From NCBI GenBank assembly GCA_041746715.1, contig JBGTGN010000095.1, positions 12,685 through 76,684 on the forward strand: a stretch of DNA of 64,000 bases. The letters are read 5' to 3'. The position numbers were made by a program, and so were the translations under genes. Of this stretch, positions 1 through 9,313 are shown piece after piece. The notes below the pieces were generated by a model. The model was not told the origin of the DNA. It worked only from the letters and a program-made list of their open reading frames with translations, and did not search any database. This stretch comes from Pirellulales bacterium. Lineage in GTDB: Bacteria > Planctomycetota > Planctomycetia > Pirellulales > UBA1268. Every line of letters begins with the position of its first letter. The first letter of the stretch is position 1.

Positions 1-2048
1 TGGCGATGGCGCACCGGGGCCGTCTCAATGTGCTGGCCAACATCATGGGCAAGAGCCCGCAGCGGATCTTCCGCGAATTCGCCGACATGGATCCCGAGCT
101 CCACGTCGGCCGTGGTGACGTCAAGTATCACCTCGGGCACTCGACCGACTACAAGGCTGCCAACGGCCGGAATGTCCATCTCACGCTCTGCTTTAATCCC
201 AGCCACCTCGAGTTCGTAAACCCTGTCGCCCTCGGGCGCATGCGGGCCAGGCAAGATCGAGCGAGCGACCAGGCCAGGCAACATGGCATGGTGATCCAGA
301 TCCATGGCGACGCTGCGTTTGCCGGCGAAGGGATCATTCAAGAAACGCTGAACCTTTCTGAGCTTGATGCCTACCGTGTCGGTGGCACGCTCCATGTGAT
401 CGTGAACAATCAAATCGGATTTACGACGGGGCCGGCGGAGTCTCGCTCGTGTACCTACGCCACCGACGTGGCCAAAATGCTCCAGAGCCCGATCTTCCAT
501 GTGAACGGCGAAGATCCCGAGGCCGTGGCCCAAGTCGTGAATCTCGCGATGGACTTCCGCCGCGAGTTTCAGCGAGATGTCGTCATCGACATGTATTGCT
601 TCCGACGTCGGGGGCATAACGAATCGGACGAGCCGGCCTTCACGCAACCGGCTCTCTATCGCGTCATCGATCGCCGGCCGAGTGTCCACGAGAGCTACCT
701 CGAACGATTGCTCAAGCTCGGCGAGATCACGCCCGAGGAAGCGAAGGCGATCGTCGAGCAGCAACAAGCGAAATTTGCAGCGGACCTGTCAGCCGCCAAG
801 AGCGAAGACTACGTCCACAAGAGCGACATCGGCGGTGTTTGGGCGTTCTATATCGGTGGCCGAGAGCGTGAGGCGGCCGATGTCGAGACCGGGCTGCCAC
901 GCGAAATGCTGGTCGATCTGCTCAAGCGGCTCGTGGAGATGCCCGACGGGTTTCAACCCCATCCCAAGATTCGCCGGTTCCTCGACGGTCGGCTCGAGAT
1001 GGCCGCGGGCACGGCACCGATTGACTGGTCGGCGGCCGAAGCGCTCGCCCTTGGAAGCCTTGCGGTGCAGGGGATTCGCGTTCGGCTCACCGGGCAAGAC
1101 AGCCAGCGGGGCACGTTCAGCCACCGCCACGCGGTGATTCACGATGTCGTCACCGACGAGACCTGGTGTTCCCTCGAGCATCTCGATGCCGACCAGGCAC
1201 CGGTGGAAATCGCCAATAGCCCTCTCTCGGAGGCGGGGGTGCTCGGCTTCGAATATGGCTACAGCATCGACTGTCCAGATGGCCTCGTCATGTGGGAGGC
1301 GCAGTTCGGAGACTTTGTGAACGCCGCGCAGGTGGTCATTGACCAGTTCATCGTGAGCGCCGAAGACAAATGGAACCGGCTGTCCGGCCTTGTGCTCCTG
1401 TTGCCCCACGGATTTGAAGGGCAGGGGCCTGAGCACTCGAGTGCGCGGCTCGAACGATTTCTGCTGCTGTCGGCGAAGGACAATATCCAAGTCGTGCAGC
1501 CGACCACGCCCGCCCAGATGTTTCACTGCCTTCGGCGGCAGGTGCTGCGGGTCTGGCGGAAGCCGCTCGTCGTCATGACACCCAAGAGCCTCCTTCGCCA
1601 CCCAGGGTGTGTGTCGAATCTCGAGGATCTCGTGTCGGGTGAGTTTCAGCGGGTGATCCCAGATGGGTCTGGCACCCCACCTGCCGACATTCGACGTGTC
1701 ATTCTCTGCACCGGCAAGGTTGCGTATGAGCTTGAGAAGCGACGGCAGGAGATCGGCCGCCGTGACGTGGCGATCATCCGCGTCGAACAGCTCTACCCGC
1801 TCCCGCGGCGGCCGCTCGAAGAGGCCCTTGCGGGCTACGCGGCAGGAACGCCTGTGGTCTGGGTTCAGGAAGAGCCCGAGAACATGGGTGCCTGGCGGTT
1901 TCTGCGGATCCACCTCGGCGACAAGCTCTCCGGCCAGTACCCTTTCTCGGGCGTCTGTCGGCAGAGCGCCGCGAGTCCGGCAACCGGATCAAAGAAGAGC
2001 CACGACCTCGAACAAAACGAACTGCTCACGGCGGCCTTCGAAAGCTGA
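1..2048 (+). CDS. sucA: 2-oxoglutarate dehydrogenase E1 component, C-terminal ~680 aa (5' end lies outside the window)
   Basis: Reading frame is open to the window start. Contains [15 protein letters not shown] and the rest of the E1o core. E2 and E3 genes follow directly. Confidence 0.93.
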   Translation, partial: AMAHRGRLNVLANIMGKSPQRIFREFADMDPELHVGRGDVKYHLGHSTDYKAANGRNVHLTLCFNPSHLEFVNPVALGRMRARQDRASDQARQHGMVIQIHGDAAFAGEGIIQETLNLSELDAYRVGGTLHVIVNNQIGFTTGPAESRSCTYATDVAKMLQSPIFHVNGEDPEAVAQVVNLAMDFRREFQRDVVIDMYCFRRRGHNESDEPAFTQPALYRVIDRRPSVHESYLERLLKLGEITPEEAKAIVEQQQAKFAADLSAAKSEDYVHKSDIGGVWAFYIGGREREAADVETGLPREMLVDLLKRLVEMPDGFQPHPKIRRFLDGRLEMAAGTAPIDWSAAEALALGSLAVQGIRVRLTGQDSQRGTFSHRHAVIHDVVTDETWCSLEHLDADQAPVEIANSPLSEAGVLGFEYGYSIDCPDGLVMWEAQFGDFVNAAQVVIDQFIVSAEDKWNRLSGLVLLLPHGFEGQGPEHSSARLERFLLLSAKDNIQVVQPTTPAQMFHCLRRQVLRVWRKPLVVMTPKSLLRHPGCVSNLEDLVSGEFQRVIPDGSGTPPADIRRVILCTGKVAYELEKRRQEIGRRDVAIIRVEQLYPLPRRPLEEALAGYAAGTPVVWVQEEPENMGAWRFLRIHLGDKLSGQYPFSGVCRQSAASPATGSKKSHDLEQNELLTAAFES

Positions 2049-2090
2049 ACCGCCTTTCCGTCTCCATCCTCATTCCCCACATGGCTCACC

Positions 2091-3362
2091 ATGCCCATTG
2101 AATTGAAGGTCCCTGAAGTCGGCGAGTCGATCACTGAAGTGATGATTGGTGCCTGGAAGAAGGGCGAGGGAGACGGCGTTGCTATAGACGACGCCGTCGT
2201 TGAAATCGAGAGTGACAAGGCGACCGTTGAACTGCCGGCACCGGCGGCTGGCACCATCGTGAAGATACTCAAGGGCAGTGGCGAGAAGGCTGTCGTCGGA
2301 GAAATCATCGGGTACCTGGAGCCGGCCGGTGCTGGCGCGCAGGCCACCGGAGCACCGGCGTCAGGTGCATCGCCTGCCTCGTCGTCGCCCGTGGTCGATG
2401 TCCGGCGGACCGAAGGACGGACCACAATCGGTTCCGTCCAGTCGCCTGCATCCTCTTCGGCGTCGCCCCAGCGGGTGATGCCTGCGGCGGCACGTGTGCT
2501 TGCCGAGGCTGGTGCCTCACCGGCTGGCGTCGCCGGTACGGGTCCAGGAGGGCGAGTGACCAAGGCCGATGCGTCGCGAGCCGTCGCACCGCCGCCGGCA
2601 CCGCGTGCAACGCCCCCAGCGCCGATACCTGCTGCGCCTTCACCGCTCGTCCAGACCGGTGGCCGTGAAGAACGGTCTCAACTTATCAGCCCGATTCGGC
2701 GGCGGATTGCTGAGCGGCTCGTCGAAGCCCAGCACCATGCGGCGCTCCTCACGACCTTCAACGAGGTCGATATGTCGGCCGTCATGGAGCTTCGGAAGAA
2801 GTTCAAGGATATTTTTCAGGAGCGGCATGGCGTGAAGCTCGGCTTCATGTCGTTCTTCGTGCGGGCGGCGGTCGAGGCGCTTCGCGCGGTGCCGCAGGTC
2901 AATGCGGAGTATCGCGATCCGCACATCGTGTTTCGCGACTACTACGACATTGGCATCGCAGTCGGCGGTGGCAAAGGCCTTGTGGTACCGGTGATCCGAA
3001 ACGCCGAAACAATGTCGTTTGCCCAGATCGAAGCAGTCATCTCGGACTTCGCCCGTCGTGCTGGCGACAATAAGCTCAAGCTCGAGGAGCTCCAAGGAGG
3101 CACCTTCACCATTTCCAATGGTGGCGTGTATGGCTCGATGCTCTCGACGCCGATCATCAATCCGCCGCAGAGCGGCATCCTGGGCCTGCATGCCATTCAA
3201 GAACGGCCGATGGCGGTCAACGGCCAGGTGGTGATTCGCCCGATGATGTACCTCGCCCTCACCTATGACCACCGGCTTGTCGACGGCCGCGAAGCGGTGA
3301 CCTTCCTCAAGCGGATCAAGGACACGATCGAGGACCCAAGTAGGCTCTTCCTAGAAGTGTGA
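2091..3362 (+). CDS. sucB: dihydrolipoyllysine-residue succinyltransferase (E2o)
   Basis: N-terminal lipoyl domain ([16 protein letters not shown]), an Ala/Pro-rich linker, and a C-terminal acyltransferase core with DHRLVDG. Confidence 0.93.
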   Translation: MPIELKVPEVGESITEVMIGAWKKGEGDGVAIDDAVVEIESDKATVELPAPAAGTIVKILKGSGEKAVVGEIIGYLEPAGAGAQATGAPASGASPASSSPVVDVRRTEGRTTIGSVQSPASSSASPQRVMPAAARVLAEAGASPAGVAGTGPGGRVTKADASRAVAPPPAPRATPPAPIPAAPSPLVQTGGREERSQLISPIRRRIAERLVEAQHHAALLTTFNEVDMSAVMELRKKFKDIFQERHGVKLGFMSFFVRAAVEALRAVPQVNAEYRDPHIVFRDYYDIGIAVGGGKGLVVPVIRNAETMSFAQIEAVISDFARRAGDNKLKLEELQGGTFTISNGGVYGSMLSTPIINPPQSGILGLHAIQERPMAVNGQVVIRPMMYLALTYDHRLVDGREAVTFLKRIKDTIEDPSRLFLEV

Positions 3363-3363
3363 C

Positions 3364-4752
3364 ATGCAGCAGCACGACGTGGTGATCATTGGTGGTGGGC
3401 CTGGCGGCTACGTGGCGGCTTTTCGGGCGGCTCAGCGGGGCCTGTCGGCGGCCGTCATCGAAAAGGAGCCGAAGCTCGGCGGCACCTGCCTGCGGGTCGG
3501 ATGCATTCCTTCCAAGGCGCTTCTCGAGTCGAGCCACAAGTATGAGGAGACGGCCCACGATCTCGAGGCTCATGGCGTGAAGGTTTCGGGCATATCGCTC
3601 GATCTCGCGCGGCTCATGCAGCGGAAGGACGAGGTCGTCTCGACGCTTGCCAAGGGCATCGACGCCCTCCTCAAGAAAAACAAGGTGACGCGCTATGTCG
3701 GTACCGGCCGGCTCGCAGGGCCAGGGAAGGTGACGGTCACGGCGGCGGACGGCGGCGTCACCACGCTCGACGCCCCGCGGGTCATCGTGGCGGTGGGCAG
3801 TCACCCCGTCGTGCTCCCGGGCATCGAAGTCGATGGCGACCGCGTGGGCACGAGTACCGAGGCAATCGCCTATCCCGAGGTGCCGGAGCACCTGGTCGTG
3901 ATTGGCGGCGGCTACATCGGGCTGGAGCTAGGAAGTGTTTGGCGACGCCTCGGATCCAAGGTCACCGTGCTCGAGTACGCCGACCGTATTCTTCTTGGCA
4001 TCGATGGCGACATTGCGTCCGAGGCCCTCGGCCTCTTCCGAAAGCAGGGGCTCGACATCCGCCTTGGCGTCAAGGTCACGGGGGCGCGAGTTGATGGCAA
4101 CGGGTGCATCGTTGAGATCGAGGGTGCCGATCCGATCCGGTGCGATCGCGTGCTTGCGGCCACAGGCCGACGTCCAGCCACCGATGACATCGGGCTCGAG
4201 ACCGTGGGAATCGTGCCCGACAAGCGAGGCGTGATCCCGGTCGATGATCATTTCCGCACGTCGGCCGACGGTGTCTGGGCGATCGGAGACTGTGTTCCCG
4301 GCCCGATGCTCGCGCACAAGGCTGAGGAAGACGGTGTTGCCTGCGCGGATGGAATGACCGGTGGCTGGAGCCACGTCGATTACGACCTCGTCCCTGCCGT
4401 CGTGTTTACGCATCCCGAGATCGCGGCCGTGGGCAAGACCGAAGAGCAGCTCGTGGCCGAAGGAGTGGCCTTCAAGAAGGGCGTCTTCCCATTCCGAGCG
4501 AATGGCCGGGCGCGGACGCTCGGCGACACCGTGGGTAAGGTGAAGGTGTTGGCCGATGCGGCGACCGATCGCGTCCTTGGGGTTCACATCATTGGTCCCG
4601 AGGCGGGCAACCTTGTCGCGGAGGCAGCCGCTGGAATGACCTTCGGTGCCACGGCCGAAGACATCGCCCGTGTCTGTCATGCCCACCCGACGCTGCCGGA
4701 AGCGCTCAAGGAAGCCGCGATGGCGGTGGCCGGCCAGGCCATCCACGCCTGA
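3364..4752 (+). CDS. lpdA: dihydrolipoyl dehydrogenase (E3)
   Basis: GGGPGGY FAD-binding motif and redox-active GGTCLRVGCIPSK. Starts 1 nt after the sucB stop. Confidence 0.93.
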   Translation: MQQHDVVIIGGGPGGYVAAFRAAQRGLSAAVIEKEPKLGGTCLRVGCIPSKALLESSHKYEETAHDLEAHGVKVSGISLDLARLMQRKDEVVSTLAKGIDALLKKNKVTRYVGTGRLAGPGKVTVTAADGGVTTLDAPRVIVAVGSHPVVLPGIEVDGDRVGTSTEAIAYPEVPEHLVVIGGGYIGLELGSVWRRLGSKVTVLEYADRILLGIDGDIASEALGLFRKQGLDIRLGVKVTGARVDGNGCIVEIEGADPIRCDRVLAATGRRPATDDIGLETVGIVPDKRGVIPVDDHFRTSADGVWAIGDCVPGPMLAHKAEEDGVACADGMTGGWSHVDYDLVPAVVFTHPEIAAVGKTEEQLVAEGVAFKKGVFPFRANGRARTLGDTVGKVKVLADAATDRVLGVHIIGPEAGNLVAEAAAGMTFGATAEDIARVCHAHPTLPEALKEAAMAVAGQAIHA

Positions 4753-4778
4753 GGTGTGTTCGCGAACTCACGTCAACC

Positions 4779-4920
4779 GTGGCTCGGGGAGGCCCGTGCC
4801 ACATCGCCGGACGCTTGCGACGGGCGTCGTGCCCGTCGCTTCGCTTGGAGAAAAATGAGCTTCGCCCTCCAGGCTGCGCTCATTTTTCTACGCCGGCTCT
4901 GCGGCACGGGCCACTCCGAG
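4779..4920. repeat. palindromic MITE/REP-like element, copy A (full length, diverged)
   Basis: Left arm ggctcggggaggcccgtgccacatcgccggacgc and right arm gccggctctgcggcacgggccactcc are inverted repeats. It matches the copies at 43064 and 56113. It lies between the convergent lpdA and OMP genes. Confidence 0.8.
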
Positions 4921-4940
4921 CATGGCCCGCTTTTGGGCGA

Positions 4941-5780
4941 TCAAAACAGAATCGCGAGGCCGGCGTCGGAGAAGAACGGGGCTGCCTGGTTGGTAAGCCC
5001 CCAGCCGACGCGGAGACCGATCTCGACGTTCTCACCGATCACGTAGTGCGTGCCGGGGCTGAAGAAGGGCTGGCTCGTGTTCTCGGGAAGCCCTTGGGTG
5101 TAATTGCCGAACCACTCGGTATGGATCTCCCAGTGATCCGTGATGGGCATCCGCAGCACGACGGAGGGCGTCCATCGGCTGAACCACTCGTGGAGCCCCT
5201 CCGCGTAGGCATAACGGATGGCACCATCGAGCCGCCAATCGCCAGGCAGCCCCCAGCCCGCGACGAGCGTAGCAACCGGTGAGGTGCCGAAGATGTCGCC
5301 GTAGACGGGTGTTGTGGCCTCGGCAATGAACGCGCTTTCGGGTCGCCAGCCGTCCTGCGAGGACGTGTTGACCTTGAATCCGTAGAGGATGCTCGTCTCG
5401 TAGAGCGAAGAGCCGTCGAGTGTTCCCTCGCCGACTTCGACACTCGTCACGACGTTGCCCTGCGAACCGATGCCGTAGTTCGCCCCAAATCGCAACTCGA
5501 ATTCTTCGGTCACTCCGTATCGCAGCAGCCATTCGGGAAAGTTGTTGGTCGGGAGACCTTCCAGGTTGTCGATGTAGACGTACGACGCTTCCGAAAGGAA
5601 TCGCCCCTCGTCAACCGTGTGCGTGCAGGGCGTGAAGGCATCACGGTCGGTACCGAGATCGGCCTCCTCTGCCCGCAGCACAGGCTGCCCGACGAGCGTA
5701 CCAATGCATACCGCGAGTGCGACAGGAGCGAAGCGGCAGGCAAAACAGAGCGGGCGCACAACGATCCCCTCAAACAACAT
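4941..5780 (-). CDS. outer-membrane beta-barrel protein (MetA-pathway/transporter-like family)
   Basis: N-terminal signal-like segment, alternating amphipathic Gly/aromatic-rich pattern, C-terminal Phe (GLAILF). The family assignment is from memory of similar proteins, not a search. Confidence 0.6.
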   Translation of the reverse strand: MLFEGIVVRPLCFACRFAPVALAVCIGTLVGQPVLRAEEADLGTDRDAFTPCTHTVDEGRFLSEASYVYIDNLEGLPTNNFPEWLLRYGVTEEFELRFGANYGIGSQGNVVTSVEVGEGTLDGSSLYETSILYGFKVNTSSQDGWRPESAFIAEATTPVYGDIFGTSPVATLVAGWGLPGDWRLDGAIRYAYAEGLHEWFSRWTPSVVLRMPITDHWEIHTEWFGNYTQGLPENTSQPFFSPGTHYVIGENVEIGLRVGWGLTNQAAPFFSDAGLAILF

Positions 5781-5790
5781 TGTCCCTGAG

Positions 5791-5839
5791 GATTCTTCGG
5801 TTCCGTGAGCTTATCGCAGGCCGAGTTTCCCGAAGAATC
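5791..5839 (-). promoter_or_regulatory. perfect 10-bp inverted repeat in the 5' leader of the OMP gene
   Basis: gattcttcgg (5791-5800) and ccgaagaatc (5830-5839), separated by a 29-nt loop. On the minus strand it ends 10 nt upstream of the ATG at 5780, abutting an AGGGA RBS-like motif. Confidence 0.3.
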
Positions 5840-5906
5840 GTCAACCGTAGCCAGGTCTTCCCAACTTCCCTGCGCCGCCCTGCTTCGCCATCAAGAAAGT
5901 TCGTAC

Positions 5907-5932
5907 TACGCCCGGGTGGATTCGAACCACCG
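5907..5932 (-). repeat. 26-bp exact duplicate of the tRNA-Arg 3' end (T-arm plus acceptor strand)
   Basis: tacgcccgggtggattcgaaccaccg is identical at 5907-5932 and 6030-6055. Confidence 0.9.
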
Positions 5933-6029
5933 GGCATTTTCCCGCTTCGCCTCGCCGTCCTGACTCGCTTCGCTTGGATGCCTCCGGCATCGAGAGTGGG
6001 CGGGCATCGTGCCCACCAGCTTTCACAAG
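5933..6029. repeat. degenerate fragment of the palindromic repeat family (copy F)
   Basis: ctcgccgtcctgactcgcttcgcttgg and gggcatcgtgccc resemble internal segments of copies A and D (ctcgccatcctggcttcgcttgc; gggcgtcgtgcccgtcgcttcgcttgg). Similarity was judged by eye. Confidence 0.35.
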
Positions 6030-6103
6030 TACGCCCGGGTGGATTCGAACCACCGACCCTGAGATTAGAAGTCTCATGCTCTATCCAACTGAGCTACGGG
6101 CGC
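6030..6103 (-). tRNA. tRNA-Arg (anticodon UCU)
   Basis: Reverse complement GCGCCCGTAGCTCAGTTGGATAGAGCATGAGACTTCTAATCTCAGGGTCGGTGGTTCGAATCCACCCGGGCGTA folds as a cloverleaf. Anticodon loop is CTTCTAA; T-loop is TTCGAAT. Confidence 0.93.
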
Positions 6104-6221
6104 GAAGGGGTTTTGGGGTCCCGGATGGGGGTTTGTCGTCGCGGGTATTCGGGCCGGCCACGGAATTTCATTTCTACCATGTCGTTCGCGAGGTCGCCGC
6201 TGAGGTCGTTGTGAGCGTCCG

Positions 6222-6584
6222 TCAGGCTTCTTCGTCGGTATCGGCCGAAGGGCCATCCCCCTCGCTCGTTGCGTCTGTTGGGCGTCGTCGTCGATCGCTC
6301 CGCCGGAAGACAGCCACGACGTCCTCGACCGGGACCACGAACAGCAGGTTGTTGCCCTCAAGATCGACCGGAATCGCGTTCTTGGGATGGAAGAGCACTT
6401 TGTCGTATTTCGCGATCGGCACGTCGGCGTCGCGTTCGACCTGAAGGCTCACCTCCACGACCCTCCCGCTGATTGTCGGAATCTCGGCCTTGTCGGGAAG
6501 CACGATCCCGCCACGCGTGGTCTGCCGGTTCTCGTCCTTGCGGATGAGCACCCGCGTTCCCAATGGCTCGACAAATTCATCCAT
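6222..6584 (-). CDS. groES: co-chaperonin GroES (Cpn10) family protein with acidic C-terminal tail
   Basis: LGTRVLIRKDENRQTTRGGIVLPDKAEIPTISGRVVEV is a typical Cpn10 mobile-loop region. Start chosen at MDEFVEPLG. No groEL is adjacent. Confidence 0.7.
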   Translation of the reverse strand: MDEFVEPLGTRVLIRKDENRQTTRGGIVLPDKAEIPTISGRVVEVSLQVERDADVPIAKYDKVLFHPKNAIPVDLEGNNLLFVVPVEDVVAVFRRSDRRRRPTDATSEGDGPSADTDEEA

Positions 6585-6696
6585 TACGTGCCCCTCTTGC
6601 TGCCCGTCAAGGCTCCTGGCCACGCGGGATGTCACCTTGCCGTTCTTCACACCACGGTTCTACCATACGCGACATTTCCGCCTCGCCGAGCGCACG

Positions 6697-8340
6697 ATGA
6701 CGCCACGCAGTCCTGATTTCCTATGCATCGGAGCCCAGAAGGCCGGAACCTGGTGGCTTCGGGAGAACCTCCGCAAGCACCCTGAAGTCTGGATGCCGAT
6801 GGTGCCGGAGTTGCATTACTTCGACGAGCCGCTCGAAGGGGCGGTCTTCCCTCCTCGCCGCGCGAGCGAGCGAGCTGCCAAGGAGCAGTGGAGGGCCGCG
6901 GCACTTGCGGAGCTTCAGCGATTGGCTTCCGGCGAGTCGATTTCGGCTGCGGCCTGGTGGGCCATCTACTCATTTGTCGATCGCGGCGACGAGTGGTATC
7001 GATCGCTCTTTGCATTTGCCCCGCCGACGAGCACCGTTGGCGAGATCACGCCTCGCTACATGCTCTGCGGCGCCGAGGAAATCGCCCACATGCACCGTGT
7101 CGCGCCGCATGCCAAGCTGATTTTTCTGCTCCGTCATCCGGTGGATCGATTCTGGTCGCAGTGCAAGATGAAGCACGCCGAAGGCACGCTGCCTCGTACG
7201 GAAGCCGATGCCATGCGGCTCTTCGACACGTCGAATGGTCGTCCTCGCGGGGAGTATTCCCAAGCGATTCTCCGATTCAGTAAGGTGTTTGCCCCGGAGC
7301 AGATGCTTCTTGTTTTCCAAGAGGGCATCATTCACCAGCCGGCCGCCGTTATGGAGGCGGTTCATGATTTTCTGGGGTTGCCCCATGTGCCACAAAGCCT
7401 TGCCGTGCTGCAGGAGCCGCGAAATCAGGCCGCCAGCCGTGAGCCGATGCCGCCAGGCCTGCGGGCGCGGATCGAAGCGGCGTATCGCTCGGAGATTGAG
7501 ACGATGGCCGGCGTGTTTGGTGGATACGCGACGGGCTGGCTGAGGAACGAGCGATCCCGAGAACCTTCACCGCCGATCGTCCGACTCTCGGGCCGCCACG
7601 TCGATGCTGTAGTCGATGCTTTGAAGGAACGTGAGGAACGAATCACCCGGCGACGATCCCGGCGAGGGAAGATCTTCTGCGTGTCGATGCAGCGGAGCGG
7701 AACGACCTCGGTTGGCGACTGGCTCGAATCGCATGGGTTTGTTCGCGCCGGCTGTCCGACCTCGGTGCGGCTCGGATGGACCAGGATGTGGATGGAAGGC
7801 AACTACGAGGCGATCTTCTCGAGCCCCGAGTTTATTCGGGCCGACGTCTTTGAAGACGACCCCTGGTGGTGCCCCGATTTTTTTCGGGTTGTGGCGAAGC
7901 GATATCCCGACGCTCGGTTTATCCTCCTCGAACGGGATCCCGACGCCTGGTTTGACTCGATGTGTCGTCACAGCGGCGGGCGAAATCCAGGATGGACCGA
8001 CGTTCACGCGCGGGTCTACGATCGCGAGGTTGATCTGCGGGATCTCCTCAGCCGGCATCCCGACCTTCGTCCAGACGCCTGGAGCCAGTTCTCCATTGTG
8101 GAGCATCGCGACCATTACAAGGCGGTTTATCAGCGGCATGGTCAGGCCGTGCGAGACGCCTTCCAGGATGAGCCTGGCCAGCTCTTTTCTGGTTGCCTCG
8201 ACGCCCCGGGTGTGTTTGAGGGCATCTGCGACTTTGTCGGTGTACCACACGATCCCGCCATTCCGGTACCGCGAACCAACGCCAGCACCGATGCCATGCG
8301 ATGCGCCCTCGAGGCGTATCTGGAAACGAGGATGTCATGA
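6697..8340 (+). CDS. fused tandem sulfotransferase (two PAPS-binding modules)
   Basis: Module 1 has GAQKAGTWWL (5'-PSB-like) and LRHPVDRFWSQ (3'-PB-like). Module 2 has SMQRSGTTSV and LLERDPDAWFDS. Start chosen at MTPRSPDF. Confidence 0.7.
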   Translation: MTPRSPDFLCIGAQKAGTWWLRENLRKHPEVWMPMVPELHYFDEPLEGAVFPPRRASERAAKEQWRAAALAELQRLASGESISAAAWWAIYSFVDRGDEWYRSLFAFAPPTSTVGEITPRYMLCGAEEIAHMHRVAPHAKLIFLLRHPVDRFWSQCKMKHAEGTLPRTEADAMRLFDTSNGRPRGEYSQAILRFSKVFAPEQMLLVFQEGIIHQPAAVMEAVHDFLGLPHVPQSLAVLQEPRNQAASREPMPPGLRARIEAAYRSEIETMAGVFGGYATGWLRNERSREPSPPIVRLSGRHVDAVVDALKEREERITRRRSRRGKIFCVSMQRSGTTSVGDWLESHGFVRAGCPTSVRLGWTRMWMEGNYEAIFSSPEFIRADVFEDDPWWCPDFFRVVAKRYPDARFILLERDPDAWFDSMCRHSGGRNPGWTDVHARVYDREVDLRDLLSRHPDLRPDAWSQFSIVEHRDHYKAVYQRHGQAVRDAFQDEPGQLFSGCLDAPGVFEGICDFVGVPHDPAIPVPRTNASTDAMRCALEAYLETRMS

Positions 8341-9152
8341 CGGGTGACGCAGGCCCTGCACGCGTCGTCAGCGACACGGAGGCTGATCCCATCACAGTGT
8401 TCATCATTTCATGGGGTCGCCCGCTCTACCTCTGGGCATGCCTCGATGCGCTCTACCGCTTGACACGCTCGCCGGCGCGGTTCGTCCTCCTCGACAATGC
8501 CCACCCCGATCCCATGGTAGGGGAAGTGATCGCTGGCTTTGAACGGCGAGGCTTCCTTTCCGAGGTGGTTCGGTTCGAGACCAACTCGTTTGCGAACATC
8601 ACCGAAGCGTATGCCGAACGACTCTCCGACGTGGGGCCGCTTCACGTCTATATGGAGAGCGACTGTGTCATCCAAACCGGGGCGACTTGCTGGCTTGCCG
8701 ACATGCGACGAATCATGGAGGCTCATCCCACCATCGGCGTTTTGGGTAGCCTGATCAATCCGATCGATTTTGTCTCCCGTAAGACCGCGGTAGAGATCAC
8801 CGGTGGAGATGGGGCGCGCGCGGGGTTTCTTGCGAAGCTGCACAGTCCAGAGCGGGCGTTCCTCGACGATTCCACATGGGCTGCCATGCGAGATGACTAT
8901 GTCGTGACGGAACCGCCGTTCCCGATCATCAATCCTCCAGGCCGTCTCATGATGCTGCGAACCGACGTCATGCAGCGGCTGGGTTTTCATGTTGATGGGC
9001 AACTTGCTGGCATGATTCGTGACCTAGGGCTTGAGCCTGCCGTGACTCCCCGCGTGCGTCATCGCCACCTGAGTCTGCTGAATGTGTTTGACTATCTCGA
9101 CTACGATCAGCGGGGACGGGACGATTTTTTTGCCCCTCGGCCGCCGGCCTGA
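8337..9152 (+). CDS. glycosyltransferase family 2-like protein
   Basis: ITVFIISWGRPLYLWACLDAL..FVLLDNAHPD..YMESDCV resembles a GT-A fold N-terminus with a DxD-like motif. ATGA overlap with the upstream gene. Confidence 0.5.
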   Translation: MTGDAGPARVVSDTEADPITVFIISWGRPLYLWACLDALYRLTRSPARFVLLDNAHPDPMVGEVIAGFERRGFLSEVVRFETNSFANITEAYAERLSDVGPLHVYMESDCVIQTGATCWLADMRRIMEAHPTIGVLGSLINPIDFVSRKTAVEITGGDGARAGFLAKLHSPERAFLDDSTWAAMRDDYVVTEPPFPIINPPGRLMMLRTDVMQRLGFHVDGQLAGMIRDLGLEPAVTPRVRHRHLSLLNVFDYLDYDQRGRDDFFAPRPPA

Positions 9153-9313
9153 CGGATTCAGTGCCGCCGTCGGGGCGGCCATAAAGCAGGCTCTTGGCCG
9201 TCTGCGCATTCGATTTCGTGACAGCACCCCGGGGTCTGTACAACGTGCGTCGGGTGTCTTGGCCGCCTGAGATGGATCGGCTTCAGAATGAACCCAGGGA
9301 GAAGGGAGCCCGC

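Noticed and set aside
789-1913. 374-aa ORF antisense to sucA. Similar long antisense or alternate-frame ORFs: 26122..26943(-), 34637..35968(-), 45434..46333(-), 48808..49998(+), 52591..54198(+), 56375..57433(+), 59108..59917(+) and 40035..40799(-).
   Set aside because: The opposite strand carries unmistakable conserved enzymes in each case. These ORFs have Arg/Pro/Gly/Ala-rich junk composition, as expected from stop-codon depletion in high-GC DNA.
5907-6008. Possible second, ~101-nt tRNA-like gene (Sec/Leu/Ser-type long tRNA or pseudo-tRNA). ATGCCCG at 6002-6008 can pair with the duplicated acceptor strand.
   Set aside because: I could not fold a D-arm or a credible anticodon stem-loop, and there is no U33/purine-37 context. 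It is more simply explained as a duplicated tRNA 3' end plus a repeat fragment. tRNAscan-SE/ARAGORN should confirm.
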